A stretch of 63,979 nt of DNA, the filler included, from Pirum gemmata (Eukaryota), in assembly GCA_002812295.1 (NCBI GenBank). It is 7 parts of 7 records of this genome, joined end to end, with 100 filler letters (N's around TTAATTAATTAA, not from the genome) between each part and the next. Parts side by side here need not be neighbours in the genome. Positions count along the whole stretch, not along the records: positions 37,996 to 46,890 come from PDIN01000066.1; positions 46,991 to 55,828 come from PDIN01000067.1; 5 more parts are not named here. One strand, 5' to 3'. The position numbers and the translations under genes were made by a program. The notes under the pieces were generated by a model, which ran no database searches, was not told where the DNA came from, and saw only the letters and a program-made list of their open reading frames with translations. This document shows positions 37,896 through 52,308 of the stretch, piece after piece (position 1 is the first letter of the stretch; each line of letters begins with the position of its first letter).

Positions 37896-38025
37896 NNNNN
37901 NNNNNNNNNNNNNNNNNNNNNNNNNNNNNNNNNNNNNNNTTAATTAATTAANNNNNNNNNNNNNNNNNNNNNNNNNNNNNNNNNNNNNNNNNNNNTTATT
38001 ATTATTATTATTACAATCGAATAAC

Positions 38026-39150
38026 TTTGAAGTTGGTTTCCCGAATAACCTACATGCAAAATCAAAAAAGAAGTAAAACAGGATAAAAATCGAAAAATAA
38101 AATAAACGTACTTTGTTGTCCTTGACCTTGTATACTTGCTTCAAAATGTTTTTTGAAATTCTCAGCAATTTCGACATTTTTAAACTTAAGAGCAAATGAA
38201 TTTCCATTAAAAGTATATACCCAAGCCTTTTTTAATATATATAAGGTAAAATTAAAATTAATACCATAAATTTGATAATGAAAGATGAATAGGAAAATCA
38301 AAAATTCAAGCAACGAACGGAAAGCTGCAATCATACGTCAATATAACAACAAGAATACTAAAATACACAAACGCAATGATGTTACACAACTCTTACAACA
38401 TACACACGCAATCATACCACGAATAACAAGTGCAAACATAAGAAAACAAATAAGTAAAAGGCAAATAAGCATCAAACAGACAAAGAAACAAACAAAAAGT
38501 GAGAAGTAACTATACAAATAGATAAAAATAAATACAACAAAATCCAAAAGAAACAAGTAGAGTAAAATTAAAAATAAAATAAAAATAAAAATAAAAACCT
38601 TGCCACCCCCATTTTGCATAGGTTGCAGTTTCATATCAGCGGATAAATTATGCGAATCGATTTTATTACCACTTTTTTTATCAATAAAATCAAGCCGTCC
38701 TTTACCCGATCCCTGCTGAGTGGTAAATTATAATAATTCAGATGAAACAAGAAAGAACATTGTAAGGTATCTGAGTTACTAGCTTCAACTAAAGCCTAAC
38801 TTAAATCTAACTTTTACTTTTTTTATCTGAATTGTAAAAAAATTGAAGAACCATACTAAGCCTGAGCCACAACTCAGCCCAGCCTACATTTTAAACTAAT
38901 AAAATAAACAAACTCAACTAATAACCTGAACCAGAACCTAAACAACAAAAATGACCTAAAAAAATCATAAACTGCACAACATAAACTTTAATCTTCACCT
39001 AAACCATCGTGTAAATACTAACTAGGACAAAAGTATTTTTAAAAAAATTACCTGTACTAACTGAAAATTGCATGCTCCTATTTTCTTGTACGCTGAATTT
39101 TCAAATTTGTTCAGAACCGTCTGGTCCTCAAACATTACCTTATCTCCCAT
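38026..39150 (-). CDS. Divergent RanBP1/Ran-binding (PH-like) domain protein, paralog 1 (3' end uncertain)
   Basis: Exons 39150-39052, 38715-38599, 38226-38112 and 38049 onward: MGDKVMFEDQ...SHNLSADMKLQPMQNGGGK|AWVYTFNGNSFALKFKNVEIAENFKKHFE. Confidence 0.7.
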
Positions 39151-40184
39151 TATTATATACAATATATTAGTTCATCACTTGTGTTCCTATATTTACCCCA
39201 CAGCTATATTCTCACGGTCTCTCGAGATAACAAAAGTTTGTAATATTATTATGTGCTGTGTCACTACATAACCTAACATCAATATATTATAGAGTCTATA
39301 TATACATATTATATATATCGATATTTTATATTTATAAGAATGGTCTAGTTAGACTCTATACCAGCTGTTATTATAAAATTTTTATATGATATGAAACTAT
39401 TATCAAGAGTTCCTAGGATAGCTCTAGCTAGCTAGCAAGAGTTCAAGACGTCTTTTTTTTTTTGAAATCAATCTTTTTATCGATAGACTATGATAGTCTA
39501 ATAAAAAATGAACGTGGAATTCCTTGTCGTCCAAAAAACACCCCCCCACTACCCCCCCCCCGGTCTATTGATAGTCAGTAGACTAGCTAGACCTACTTGA
39601 CCTATCGATACGAGCTAGCTAAGGACCCCGATGCATCATAATATTATTTGGTATATTTTATTATCTACTTATCGATACAAAAATATCAATTTGAATATTA
39701 TAACCTTCCAAATAAATATTCAGAGTGACAAAATAAATGAAAGGAGAATGAAAGGTAGACAGACCCCTGACCCTATTTATCTGATAATAATAGTCTAATA
39801 TGATAATATCAATATGATAATATATATAATTATTATTATCTAGCTAGATATTATTATCATGAATGATATAATAAATATACTAGCTAGTCCTATATTACTA
39901 TTTTCTACATATCAGATAATTAATTACAGAAAGAATAATAGGTAATAAAGTATGTATTCTAAAAACTATCAATATTATCAATATTATCAATATTATCACT
40001 AACACAACGTCATGATGTATACAATATTAAAAGTGAGGGAGCTTACGTAGTTTTGTAATGATTCAGCATATAAGAATATTATAATCTTTTAAAAACAGCC
40101 ATTTGTTTTATCTCTCCCGGTAGTGAGAATACAAACAGCTGTGGGGTAAATGGGAACACAAGTGATGATCAAATATATATAGTA

Positions 40185-41369
40185 ATGGAAGATAAGGTAA
40201 TGTTCGAGGACCAGACGGTTCTGAGCAAATTTGAAAATTCAGCTTACAACAAAATAGGAGCGTTCAATTTTCAGTTAATACAGGTAATTTCTTTAAAAAT
40301 TCTTTTGGCTTAGTTATTATTTACAGGGCTTTTTGGATGAAGATTGAAGTTTATGTTGTTCTGTGGAAACACTATGATTTGGTTTAGGTCATTTTTGTTT
40401 AGGTTCTGGTTCAGGTTATTATTTAAGTTTGGTTATTTTTTTTAGTTTAAATGTAGGCTGGGCTGAGTTGTAGCTTAGGCTTATTATGGTTCTTCTATTT
40501 TTTTACCTTTCAGATAAAAAAAGTAAAAGTTAGATAGAGTTAGGCTTTAGTTTGAAGTAGTAAAACAGATACCTTGAAATGTTCTTATTTATTGTAATTT
40601 ACAGCAGCAGAGGTTAGGTAAAGGACGGCTTGACTTTTTTGATAGGAATAATGGTAAGAAAATCGATTCGCATAGTTTATCCGCTGACATGAAACTGCAA
40701 TCTATGCAAAATGGGGGTGGCAAGGTTTTTATTTTTATTTTTATTTTATTTTTAATTTTACGTTACTTCTTTCTTTTGGGTTGGGTTGTATTTATTTTTA
40801 TCTATTTGAATAGTTACTTCTCACTCTTTGTTTGTTTCTTTGTCTGTTTGATGCTTATTTGCCTGTTTACTTATTTGTATTCTTATGTTTGCACTTGTTA
40901 TTCGTGGGTGTATGAGTGTGTGAGTGTGTGCTTGCGAGAATTGTGTAATAGCATTACGTTTGTGTATTTTAGTATTGTTGTTGTTTCTTACTTTCCTTTC
41001 GCTCCTTGAATTTTTGATCTTCCTATTCATCTTACATTATCAAAGTATTGATTTTAATATTACACTTTTGCTTGAATTTTTTAATTTTCTTATTCATCTT
41101 ATTTTATCAAAATTATGATATTGGTTTTAATATTACTCTATTGTTCGTTATATATATATATTAAAAAGGCTTGGATATATACTTTTAATGGAAATTCATT
41201 TGCACTTAAGTTTAAAAATATCGAACTTTCTGAGAATTTTAAAAAACATTTTGAAACAAGTGCACAAGGTCAAGGACAACGAAGTATGTTTTTTTTAGTT
41301 TTTTTATTTTTATCCTCTTTTACTTCTTTTTTAATTTTCGTTAAGGTTATTCGGGAAACCAACTTCAAA
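40185..41369 (+). CDS. Divergent RanBP1/Ran-binding (PH-like) domain protein, paralog 2 (3' end uncertain)
   Basis: Exons 40185-40283, 40605-40724, 41169-41283 and 41346 onward: MEDKVMFEDQ...SHSLSADMKLQSMQNGGGK|AWIYTFNGNSFALKFKNIELSENFKKHFE. Inverted duplicate of 38026-39150, including introns. Confidence 0.7.
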
Positions 41370-41383
41370 GTTATTTGATTGTT

Positions 41384-41422
<39 letters not shown>

Positions 41423-41799
41423 TGCTTTTACGGTTTTGACTTTGACTTGCTTGGGAACTGGAAACCATTACTATTATACATGAAACTCGTTCTCAAATAA
41501 AATAACTTTATAAAAAAATACCAATCGACAAGGAATAATAAATAATAAAAATAATTAAGGCTATTGAAACTAAATAACTGCCCTAAATAATAATAATAAT
41601 TATCATATAAACATATCAGATATACCAGATATATGAGAACATAGCGTATTACGGTATGCCTACAATCAGTGTTCTGAAAGTGTTCTGAACGAGTTCACTG
41701 TTTGTTCCCCCAGTGTTCCCTCCTCGGATGTCTATCTGTTCTCTCGTCACTAAAAAAAATTTTTGAAGTGGGGGTTTAGAATAATATTTTAGAATCTAG

Positions 41800-42480
41800 A
41801 TGGGTCTAGCTACTGTCTAGCTAGACTCTAGCTAGTTAGCTAGACTAAAAAAGAATTTTTCTGAATTTGCGAGTTTTTGTGACGTATTTTCTCTCAAATG
41901 ACGCACTAGACTACTGGTAGTAGTAATCTAGTTCAGTAAGTAAGTAATCTAGCTACGCTAGCTAGACCTATAGCAACTACTAGCTAGGACTAGCTACTAC
42001 TAGAGGGGGGTCAGACTCTAGGCTGTAGCTATCGATAGCTAGCTAGTAGCTACTAACCCTAGCTAGCTAGCTAGCTAGCGCTTTGATATGATAGAAGGTG
42101 TAGAAGTAGAACTATCATATAATTCATATTATCATATCAATAGCTCCTATGATACTTTAGCTACTAGGAGCTACTCTAGCTAGCTAGCTAGCTAGCTACT
42201 AGTAGTTAGTAGCAGCTGTAACTTCAGCTGTAAACTTACTACTACTAGTAGCCTAGTACTCTAGTTAGTAGCTACTAGCTAGTAGACCCGACCTAGCTAG
42301 CTAGCTATCATAGCTAGCTACTAGCTAGCTAGGGTCTACAGTAACAGTCTACTGGCTAGCTAGCTAGCTAGGATAGTCTACCTATCCAGATAGCAAGTAG
42401 CTGCTGGTCTACTACTGATAGACGATAGTACTAAGCTAGCTAGAAGCTACTACTAGCTAGCTAGTAGCTAGCTAGGTATG
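41800..42480. repeat. Degenerate (TAGC)n / CTAG-AGCT low-complexity tract (largest of many)
   Basis: Dense self-complementary tagctagctagc runs mixed with tagtag/ctacta. Confidence 0.85.
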
Positions 42481-42607
42481 ATATCATATTACGAAGATAG
42501 TATAGCTAGAGTACCACTTTTTGGGACCTGTCTTGGGACTCTTTCCTATACTCCCGGGTACACTTATTACCTTATTAACGTTTGAATTAAATCTACTTTC
42601 AATTTGA

Positions 42608-43006
42608 TTTACCAATAAAGATCATATCATAATCAGTTGGTGTACTTTTTAAGTAATGTGTTAAACTTTGCACGGGATCGTCTCATAGTGCTTTAAACTT
42701 AATATCATCTTCCAATATTAATGCATATATATGGTATTGGCTTGGCTACAATATTCTGCCATAGTTGAACATGCGATAGAAAACAACCCTGTTTACCACC
42801 ATTAGAATGAAATAAAGGGTCGCGATCAGCCCAACATAATTTTACATTTATTTTGGTCAATTTTAACCATTCTTCATGTAGTAAATTATGATTGTTACCA
42901 TCTATTGCATTATAATTACTTGATTGAGAGGTTTATTAAAAACACGTGATGACGCAATTTCTAATTTATCTGTCGATTTTTTAAATTAATAATAAATACT
43001 TGGGTA
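42608..43006 (-). pseudogene. Glycosyltransferase family 25 (LPS/collagen galactosyltransferase-like) pseudogene, intronless
   Basis: Manual translation across frameshifts: QVFIINLKNR, NAIDG, GKQGCFLSHVQLWQNIV, ALILEDDIKF, DMIFIG. These are GT25 motifs in canonical order. Confidence 0.8.
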
Positions 43007-43218
43007 TTTAAAAGCCCTATCCTAGTAGTAGGGTATGTTTGGTTTTTAATTAATAATTTACTATTGTATTCATATATTGTTTATTATAAGTTTATTATTT
43101 TGCTAAATTTAATAGAATGTTGAAATTTGATAATATTATCAAAAAAGATTTTATCCAAAGTTAAACTAATATTATCCTTCTTAGTGGTAATATTAAAACC
43201 ACATTTTCTAAAATTTTA

Positions 43219-43960
43219 GCTATTTTTTTCAATTTGTTCCAACATGTTTTTATTGTGTTCCAATTGTTTCTCCGCCTGTTCTTCACTCATATCATCACAC
43301 TTTTTCAGTAAAAAATTCTCCATGTTATTGGTTAATTAATTGCTTTTGAATATTACGAGTGTTTTGATACAATTCAGTATTATAAATCTATTTAAAGATT
43401 TATCATACCCCAGTTTCTTATCATAACAAGTTTTAAACGAATCTAAAGCTTTAATGTTACGTTTCATCATATGGTTGATAGTATTTAAATGTTTTTTGTA
43501 ATGCATGTCCAATATACCACTTATACCATTTTTAACATCATAACAATACTCTAGCTCCGAATTATTAAGCACTTGTCGACTATTTTCCTCTTTCAATGGT
43601 TTCGTAATTGTAAATGAGACAACATCTTTACCTGAGGTTTTGGTACGACATACACATAAAGTGTTTATAAATTATCGCCAAGTTGTATCGTGATTGTAGT
43701 AGACTATACTGCAATCGTCGAATTTGCCTTTTGATATCTTTAATTTCTTTTATATCCGATTCATCCACTTCACTTACGTGTATTATGCTTTTATAAGTTT
43801 GTTCTAATCGTGTTTCAATATCTTGCCCCCCTTCAAATTCCTCGTCCCAATAAATTTTTTGCACGTTACCATCATACGTACTGGCAATGTCCAACTCGGA
43901 TACACGTTTTGTATAATTTTCAATAAAATCTGAATATTTATCCTCCTCATCGAGCACCAT
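43219..43960 (-). pseudogene. Disrupted intronless hypothetical ORFs (43960-43628 + 43596-43336 probably one frameshifted gene; short ORF from 43323)
   Basis: Coding-like composition. The frame of the second ORF stays open upstream past the first ORF's stop. The next ATG (MENFLLKKCDD) starts 13 nt after the 43336 stop. Confidence 0.5.
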
Positions 43961-44587
43961 GGGTTTTAAAGGATAAACGTTGGTGTTTACATCATTTATT
44001 TTAAGGTTTTAGTCTTTTGAAACGTCAATTAAAAATTTAACACCAGTACTGGCAATAACACACTTGATAAATACCAAAGTTTTATTTAAACAAAAATAAT
44101 TTTTGGGAAACACCCCAACAATTGTTCTAACTGTTCAAACTCTGTTCAACTTGACAGTCTTCACTACGCTCTTCATGAAAACTCATTTTTTAATGCTAAT
44201 ATAAGCTAATATACTTAAACTTTAAATTATTATTAATAAAAAAACAATTACCCATAATCTTTTTAAATTTGATTGGCTCTTGTAATTTTAAGAAAAAAAA
44301 AAAATAGACTACAATTAAAAAAAAATAGACTACAAATAAAAAAATAGACTACAATTTTAATTGGATTGTACAATTTTGAAACCAAAAATTTAATGGGATA
44401 ATACAATTTTCAACTGAACTGAAAAATTTAATTTGTTCCTGTATTCCTAGGTAAAATTCACATTTCTTGAGCTATTTCTTGTCTATTTAAAAAGAAACAA
44501 ACTGGTATATAATTATTAATTACTACCCTTTTATACAGCCTAAAAACTGTTACCAATTTTTTTTTAAAAAAAATAAAGCTTTTAACC

Positions 44588-45103
44588 ATGTCTGAAAAGA
44601 AAAAAAGAGTACACGCACAAAAACAATGCCAATATTGTGAATATCACTTTGTTTGTAACAATTGGAAACGTCACATGCAAAATTCTCAATGCCAAAGAAT
44701 TAAACATAATGTAGAACTTGAATACCAAGCTAAAAGATTATGTGTCGCTGACAATGATGCTGATAAAACTAATCAACAAAGAATCATTACTAACTTGGAA
44801 ACCAAATTAGAAACTGCCAAAAATGAAACTGAATTAGGTAACCATAAAGTTGAAATAGTCCTAAAGGAGGTTGCAATTATCAAAACCGAATTGAATACTA
44901 AAATCAATGAAACAGTGGCTAAATAAGAAGAAATTAGACGCTGCAAATTGAAAAGAAAGAGTTGCAAAATTGTCAAGCAGATCTCGCTAAAACTGAAGGC
45001 AAACTTAGAGAAACAAACAGTTTGAAAAGATGAAGAAACAAAACGACAAATTACTTTCAAGCATGCAAAAGTTGAAAGAAAAAATGTTAAAAGAAGCGAA
45101 TAA
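44588..45103 (+). pseudogene. Zinc-finger (CxxC...H...C) plus coiled-coil ORF interrupted by a stop/frameshift
   Basis: CQYCEYHFVCNNWKRHMQNSQC followed by coiled coil; coiled-coil-like coding continues after the TAA at 44924-44926. Confidence 0.55.
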
Positions 45104-46384
45104 TTAAAATAATAGGTTCCTATAGATCGTGCTGTTTAATAGTGTTGTCCAGTTCAAAAACTGAAATAAGCGTACCAAATTATTTAATTTTTTTAAAAAT
45201 AGTATAGTAGAAATGAAAATTTCTTTTTTTGCTTATACTTTTAAAGTAATAGAACACCCATATTTGTAAAATTTACCATTTCAAGTCAAGTTTAAAACTT
45301 TAAAAACAGTCTAGTAAAGATGAAAATTTCCTTTAAATATATTTTAAAGTAACAGAACACCCAAATTAGCAAATTAACCAAATTACGTTATTATTTATGG
45401 CGTAAACTTCATTCATGGTACTTAATTGTGTATGTTTTTTTCACAAAATTATATATAATCAATAAATAAAAAATAATAATAAGACAATAATTAAATTTTA
45501 CGAAAGGTAATGTAAGAGTAAAAAAAAAAAAAAATATTGATGATGAATTCATTCATAAAGCACACAAACACACACAAAAAAACAATCAATCAACATGGAA
45601 TAATATAAAGAAGAAGAATTATCCACTTTAATGATTTTAATTAAGGAAAATTCTCTAGGTATAAAAAAAACTACAAAATGTTGAAACAAAGTGGAAAAAA
45701 ACAATACTAAAATAACCCAAATGTAGAACGTTATGATGAAAAAAATGGAAAAACTTGTGAATGAAAGAAGGAACGTATTAAAAAAATAACCAAAATATAT
45801 GCAAGTACAGTTTAAAAATGTTAATTTTACCACAACTATTCCGTATTTCAAGTCTTGATTAGTTGAAGTTCTTATAAATATTCAGCAGCCGATGAAGTTT
45901 CAAGTCATAATTAATTTTTCCCAGGACATACTTTTAAAACACACGGAAGAACAATAAATGATAATATGTTGTCCAAACAAATGCTTGTGTAATGAATGAG
46001 AACAAATTAGAAAATCTACAAAGAGTTCTAACCTATATTAAAAAGCATTTGTTTCAGTTGAATACTAGTTGAATGGTCTTTTTATTAATTCCATGGTTTA
46101 TGGTTTGAATAATGTAAATTTTCCTGGTAATATAATTAGTATAATAATAGATATAATTATTTATAAAAGTAGGTTTCTATGGTATTGGTAAATGGTTTTC
46201 TAATCAAAGTAAACCAAGAAGACCCATTATCACTTGTTTTATTTAATAGCAATTGAAGAAAGAAAATGAAATAGAAATTAATAAAAGAAAGAAAAGTTAA
46301 ACTTCAGTATGAAAGAGTAATGTAGAATTTGATTGGGATCAGACTTTTCCAGACACATCAAAAAAATACCCAGTTAAAAATAAC

Positions 46385-46555
46385 AGCGAAAAAAAGAAAG
46401 CGAAAGAGAGCGAAAAAGAGTGAAAAAGAGCGAAAAAGAGCGAAAAAGAGTGAAAAAGAGCGAAAAAGAGCGAAAAAGGAGCGAAAAGAGAGAAAAGAGC
46501 GAAAAGAGCGAAAAAGAGCGAATATGAGCGAAAAAGAGCGAAAATGAGCGAAAAA
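46385..46555. repeat. ~10-bp minisatellite (GAAAAAGAGC)n
   Basis: Direct tandem units visible. Confidence 0.9.
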
Positions 46556-48545
46556 AACAAAAGATGCGTAGCGAGTAAAACAAAAATGAAGGTTGCATTT
46601 CCATCCAATAAAGTTAGAAATATATAGTTCTTGTATATTTTATAATTAACTCACTATGAAAGAACCGCGGTTCGGATTCGTTTTTTTAAAAAAAAAAAAT
46701 CGAGCTTTTATAGTAACATCTAGTAAAATGACGTCCTAAATTCAAAAATACGTCATTTTTTGGTTCCGAAGTCATCCAGAACTGGCTACTTCACTCTTTC
46801 ATAATTAATTTTTTTGAATATTTTTGGTTCCTTCATTAAAATTTTTTGGTTCCTTCACTCTTTGGTAAATGACGTCACTACTACTACTACNNNNNNNNNN
46901 NNNNNNNNNNNNNNNNNNNNNNNNNNNNNNNNNNTTAATTAATTAANNNNNNNNNNNNNNNNNNNNNNNNNNNNNNNNNNNNNNNNNNNNCATTAATAAT
47001 TTTTTTTTTTAATTAAGAAAAAAAATCTTTAATTTTAATTAAAAAAAAGTAGACCGGGGGGTCTAAAAGACAAAAAGCAAAAATGCAAAGCAAAACAAAG
47101 AACAAATGGTCAATAAACCAAGTCAACGAACAATATATTGACAACAACAACATTGCAACAAATTTAATCTCAAAGCTGTATCCTATATTAGCCATTCCTT
47201 GAATAATAGAATAACCAAACGGGTTGTTATGATGATGATTATTATTATAGTGTTATTGTCATTAGTATGGATACATATTCTATAGCAATCATATATTATA
47301 TAAGACTTATAGAAATAGTTATTAATACTTATTATTTGTTATTGTTGTTGCTATTGCTATTTTCATTATTATGTTATTGCTATTGTTATTGTTATTGTTT
47401 TTGTTTTTGTACATGTTATTGTTATTGTTATTGTTATTGTTATTGTTATTGTTATTGTCATTGTTATTGTTATTGTTGTTATTGTCATTAATATAATGTT
47501 ATTGTTATTGTTATTGTTATTATTATTCTTATTACTATTATTATTATTATTATTATTATTGTCATTTTTATATTATATTGCTATTGCTATTGCTATTGTT
47601 ACTGTTACTGTTATTGGTATTGTTGTTATTGTAAAATTATTATGATTGATGCTATTATATTGTTATTGTTTTAATTATGATAATATACGTATTGTTATTT
47701 TTATTTTTAAAAGTTTTGTAGTACAATGTATGTCGCTACCTTATATCATATATTAAAATCATATCATTACGTTTTTGATGTTTGACAGGTAATGTGTTCA
47801 ATCGCTGAGTTCTTTTATTCCAGTTCCACGATTGATTGTTTTCACTATTAAATGCACTGGAAATTTGGTGTAAAACATTGTAAAACCCCAATCTTTACCG
47901 ACCACTCAAACCCGAAAACTCGAATTTCTGCTGTCAAAAAAAAGCCAAAATTCAGTTCTGTTCGAAAAATATTTTTTTCATATTTTTCGGGTTTATTAAT
48001 AAATAAATATATTTGAATACTTAATTGTAAGTTTGAACATTTCGAACTTATTAATTAATATATAGACTCGAAATATCGATNNNNNNNNNNNNNNNNNNNN
48101 NNNNNNNNNNNNNNNNNNNNNNNNNNNNNNNNNNNNNNNNNNNNNNNNNNNNNNNNNNNNNNNNNNNNNNNNNNNNNNNNNNNNNNNNNNNNNNNNNNNN
48201 NNNNNNNNNNNNNNNNNNNNNNNNNNNNNNNNNNNNNNNNNNNNNNNNNNNNNNNNNNNNNNNNNNNNNNNNNNNTAGTCAAAAAAACAAAAAAAAAAAA
48301 GTTCCTGTTTTCCTTTATGATATGCGTTACTACGATATAAAAAAGGAGTAGTAGGTTACAGTTATATAGTTAAATTAAAGTTGTAATTAAATTTGTTGAT
48401 TTGTTGCATAATACTTTGGTATAAGTTAATGATTTGATTGTCAGTTGATTGTGACTTGTTGTACTTTTTATAATAAGACCATAATATATAGTAATATATA
48501 GTCCTGGGGTGGTCTGCACTACTACTAGCTAGCTAGTATCATAGC

Positions 48546-48732
48546 TATTGTGCTTTTCAGCTGTTTTGTCATCATAAAATATACAATAAAGAGTACCAAA
48601 TTAATGCAATATAAATCCTTTTCATTTAATTTGGTATATTTTATTATCCATTTATTCATTTAACAATGTCAATTAAAAAATTATAACCAACCAAATAAAT
48701 ATTCGGAGTGGCAAAATAAATGAAAAGCGCTA
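48546..48732. mobile_element. MITE family A copy
   Basis: TATTGTGCTTTTCAG ... GAAAAGCGCTATA. Confidence 0.85.
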
Positions 48733-51700
48733 TAGACCTAGCTTTCCATAGTAATATATTATAGTCTACTATGCAGTCAGTCGGTCGGTAGACTGTGGAC
48801 TAATGCCTAATACTACAGCCTACTACTATGATACTAGTAGCTAGTAGCTAGCCAGAACTCTAGCCAGCTAGTACTATAATAAAAGAGTCTAGCTATAGCT
48901 ATAGCTAGCTAGAGGTCTGTCCATCAGTCTACTAGCTAGAGAAGGTCTATTGATTTTTTTTTTTCTTTTTTTTTTCTATGCTAATCCTATAAATCATGAT
49001 ACATTATATAAATCATATTATTATATATGGACATAGTTTTTTGTTTCTGAAATTCATGTTTTTGTTTCTTGTTTTTTGGTTGGTTGTTCGAGATGACTGT
49101 ATGAGTACTGTATGACAGACACTCTGCTGACACTCTCGGTGACACTTATATATCATGTTGTAAAGTAAAGTGTATTTTATTACATGTACATTCTTGAAGC
49201 CATGCCTTTTATTATAACATTATATTATAAAACTCATGCCTTTTTTTCTATGTTACACGCTAAATATAATAAAACGAGGTTTAAAAGTTATGGAGATAAT
49301 TATACTTAACAAGGTACGACTTTTATTAAATATTATGCCATAAATTTAGTAAAATGACGTTTAAGGCATATTTTAAAGGATATTAAATTCGTCATAATAT
49401 ATTCCCAAATATCAAAACATCCCTCATAATAATCTATATAATATAGTCTATAAACTATACATCATAATGATGAACATCATAAATATATAATACATCATTA
49501 TGAGATATTGACTAATACAATAAAAATTATTCAATAATTATCTATGGCCACCAAAAAATAACTAGTCTAGTTATTTTCAGTCGTCAACTTGTCTCGATCA
49601 TACCATGATCATACCATGACACGGGAAATTATAAATATTTCACAAATTTTCGGATCAAGGCTCATCATCAAGCAATATTCAAGGGTTATTCAAGACTTAT
49701 TCAAGTATGATATGCATATTATTGCATAATGCTAGTATAATGCTCTTGTGAGTTGTAAGGTTGTGATGAGTGGTGATTGGCACTTGGAAATTGGATAGGA
49801 ATTTAATCAAATCTAGGTCAAAAAACTGTCAAAAAAGATCAAAGAAGAGCTTTTTATTTTTATAACTAGACAGGTGCACCTAGGTGCTTTTTATTGGTTC
49901 GTATTTACCTAAAAAAGAGCTGTTGGCCAAGAAGTCTCTTAAAATAGTAAGACTTTCTAAATACGGTTCAGTAAGTGATAACCTAAATCTTAATGGATGC
50001 GTAATTTCTAAATTAATACTTTGTACCACTTTGTCCTCCCCTTCAATGTCGAAGCGGTAGAGAGCTACGCGTTCAAATAATACGTCGCGTCAAGTGGTAG
50101 ATAGGTAGGTGGTATTTGACCGGAAATTAACGTCAAGGGGTAGGTAGGTAGGGGTATTTGAAGCTGTATTTGATTGGAAATTGGCGTTACGTAGTAATTG
50201 AAGTGTGTTTGATTCTCTAGCTAGCTAGTTAGTTAGAGTACATACATTAGGTACATATCGTTAGCCTACTAGTAGCTAGCTACTGTAGCTCTAGCTAGCT
50301 AGAGAGATTATTTGGTCTCGTTATTTGATTAGAAATAATTATGAACTTTAGATTCGTTAGGTGGCTGTAGGTATTTTTCTACCCGGTAGTATTTTTCTTA
50401 TTAGAACTATTAGAACTATTTTTGACAAGTTTTGAGAACTGTTTTGAGACTCTGAAATTGAGAGTGATAAAAAATATTTATAAATTAATAATATACTATA
50501 TAATTTTATTATATTATTAAATAATATACTATGATACTATTATACTGGAGTTCATGGTATGATAATGAGAGTCTATTAAAGGAGTTCATGTTTTAAAAAT
50601 TGTATTATCAATATCATCAGAAAAGAATTGCAAACCTGAACTGCCTGTAAATAATAGTTCAACTTAATTAAATGAGAGTAATTTCTACATTTTTTTATTA
50701 TTGATAATTGTGTTATGTTGAAAAAACAAATAATACAAGTATATATAGTACAAGTATCACACTTATAACAAAAACTATGTAAAAAATCATACCAAAGGAC
50801 AACCCTAACCCTTAAAACCCCAGCCCTAACTCTATCCCTATCCCTAAACCAAAATTTAATAAAATAACATTTATAATAGTACTAATAATAAATTTTAATA
50901 GTACATAATAATAAATATGAAAATAACTTCCCAACTCCGACCCTATCCCTAAACCAAAATTTAATAAAATAACATTTATAATAGTATGATACTAATAATA
51001 AATTTTAATAGTACATAATAATAAATATGAAAATAACTTCCCAACTCTGACCCTCACACCCCTAACAGTCCCCTAACACTCCCCTAACCCAGTTTCTCCT
51101 TGTTAGGCTCTAACCACTAGTAGCTAGCTAGGTAGAGGTCTATAGTCTAGTCTAATAATATAAATTATAATCATAAAAAAAAGGCATGATTTTCTCTCTA
51201 GCTAGTAGTAGCTATATAGCTACTAGTAGTATCATAGACAGTGTATATTATAATAGAATAAATATTATAGACCTAACACAACCTAACATGTACCTTTATT
51301 ATGACTCTGATGATGGTAGAGTTTAACATAATATGATAGTAGAACATTTTTTATTTTCATTTATTTTATTTGTTAATTTTATTACTATTATCATTTAATT
51401 ATGATAGTAACGTGATACTTAGTATATCGTAGTATTCTATCTATACTTACATTATTTTGATGTATTATTGTATAATTATATCCACCCAGTTATATATTGA
51501 TAATATATCGATAAACATTATGATGGACTGCTGATGTAATTACCATCATCATACCACGAAAGACTACCCTACAGACCGTCGAACCTGAGCCAGTAATTTT
51601 TTTTTTTTTTGTCCAGAAAAAAAAAATAAAAAAATATTTATTGCTATGATACCAGTACCGGTAAATGTAAGGAGACATTTCTAAATAAGGTCTCTTTTCA

Positions 51701-52275
51701 AAAGTATCTAGCTCTAGGTATCTAGCTAGGGGTCTAGCTAGCTAGCTAGAAAGTTGAGTCTAGACGTAGGGTTGATTTTTTAAAAAAAAAATGGTCTCGT
51801 CTAACTCCTCTAGCTAGCTAACTAGCTAGAGAGGTAGACTTGTTATGCTGCAACTGATCACTGCAATGGGGCGCTGGCTGCAACCAGCTGTGCAACTGTG
51901 CAAGAGTGCAAAACAGCAAAAGTGCAACAATTGAGAACAATTGACAAGTCAATAACTAAAAATAAAAATAAAAAAAAAAAAACCGCCCAAAACTATTGGT
52001 GGAGAGTTCATGATAATTACTCTGGAATCAACATCCACAAATAATAGCCCACTGACAAATTGAGAATAATAGTTTACTATACTTTTACTATTTATTATTT
52101 CTTTATTATGATAGTTTATCATAGCTAGAATCTCTACTAGCTAGAATCTAGCTAGAGCTTGTATATCATTATATCATATTATGATGTGTAAAAAAATATA
52201 TTTTTTTATTTTTTTTAAAATCTAAATAATTTTTACATCATATCAAGGACTTCAAATATCGGAATTTATATTATG

Positions 52276-52308
<33 letters not shown>

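Noticed and set aside
36760..37951. Overlapping alternative-frame and antisense ORFs over the Asn/Gly gene (likewise over copia, the C2H2 gene and the vWA gene)
   Set aside because: Shadow ORFs of biased codon repeats; only the main frame has a signal peptide or domains.
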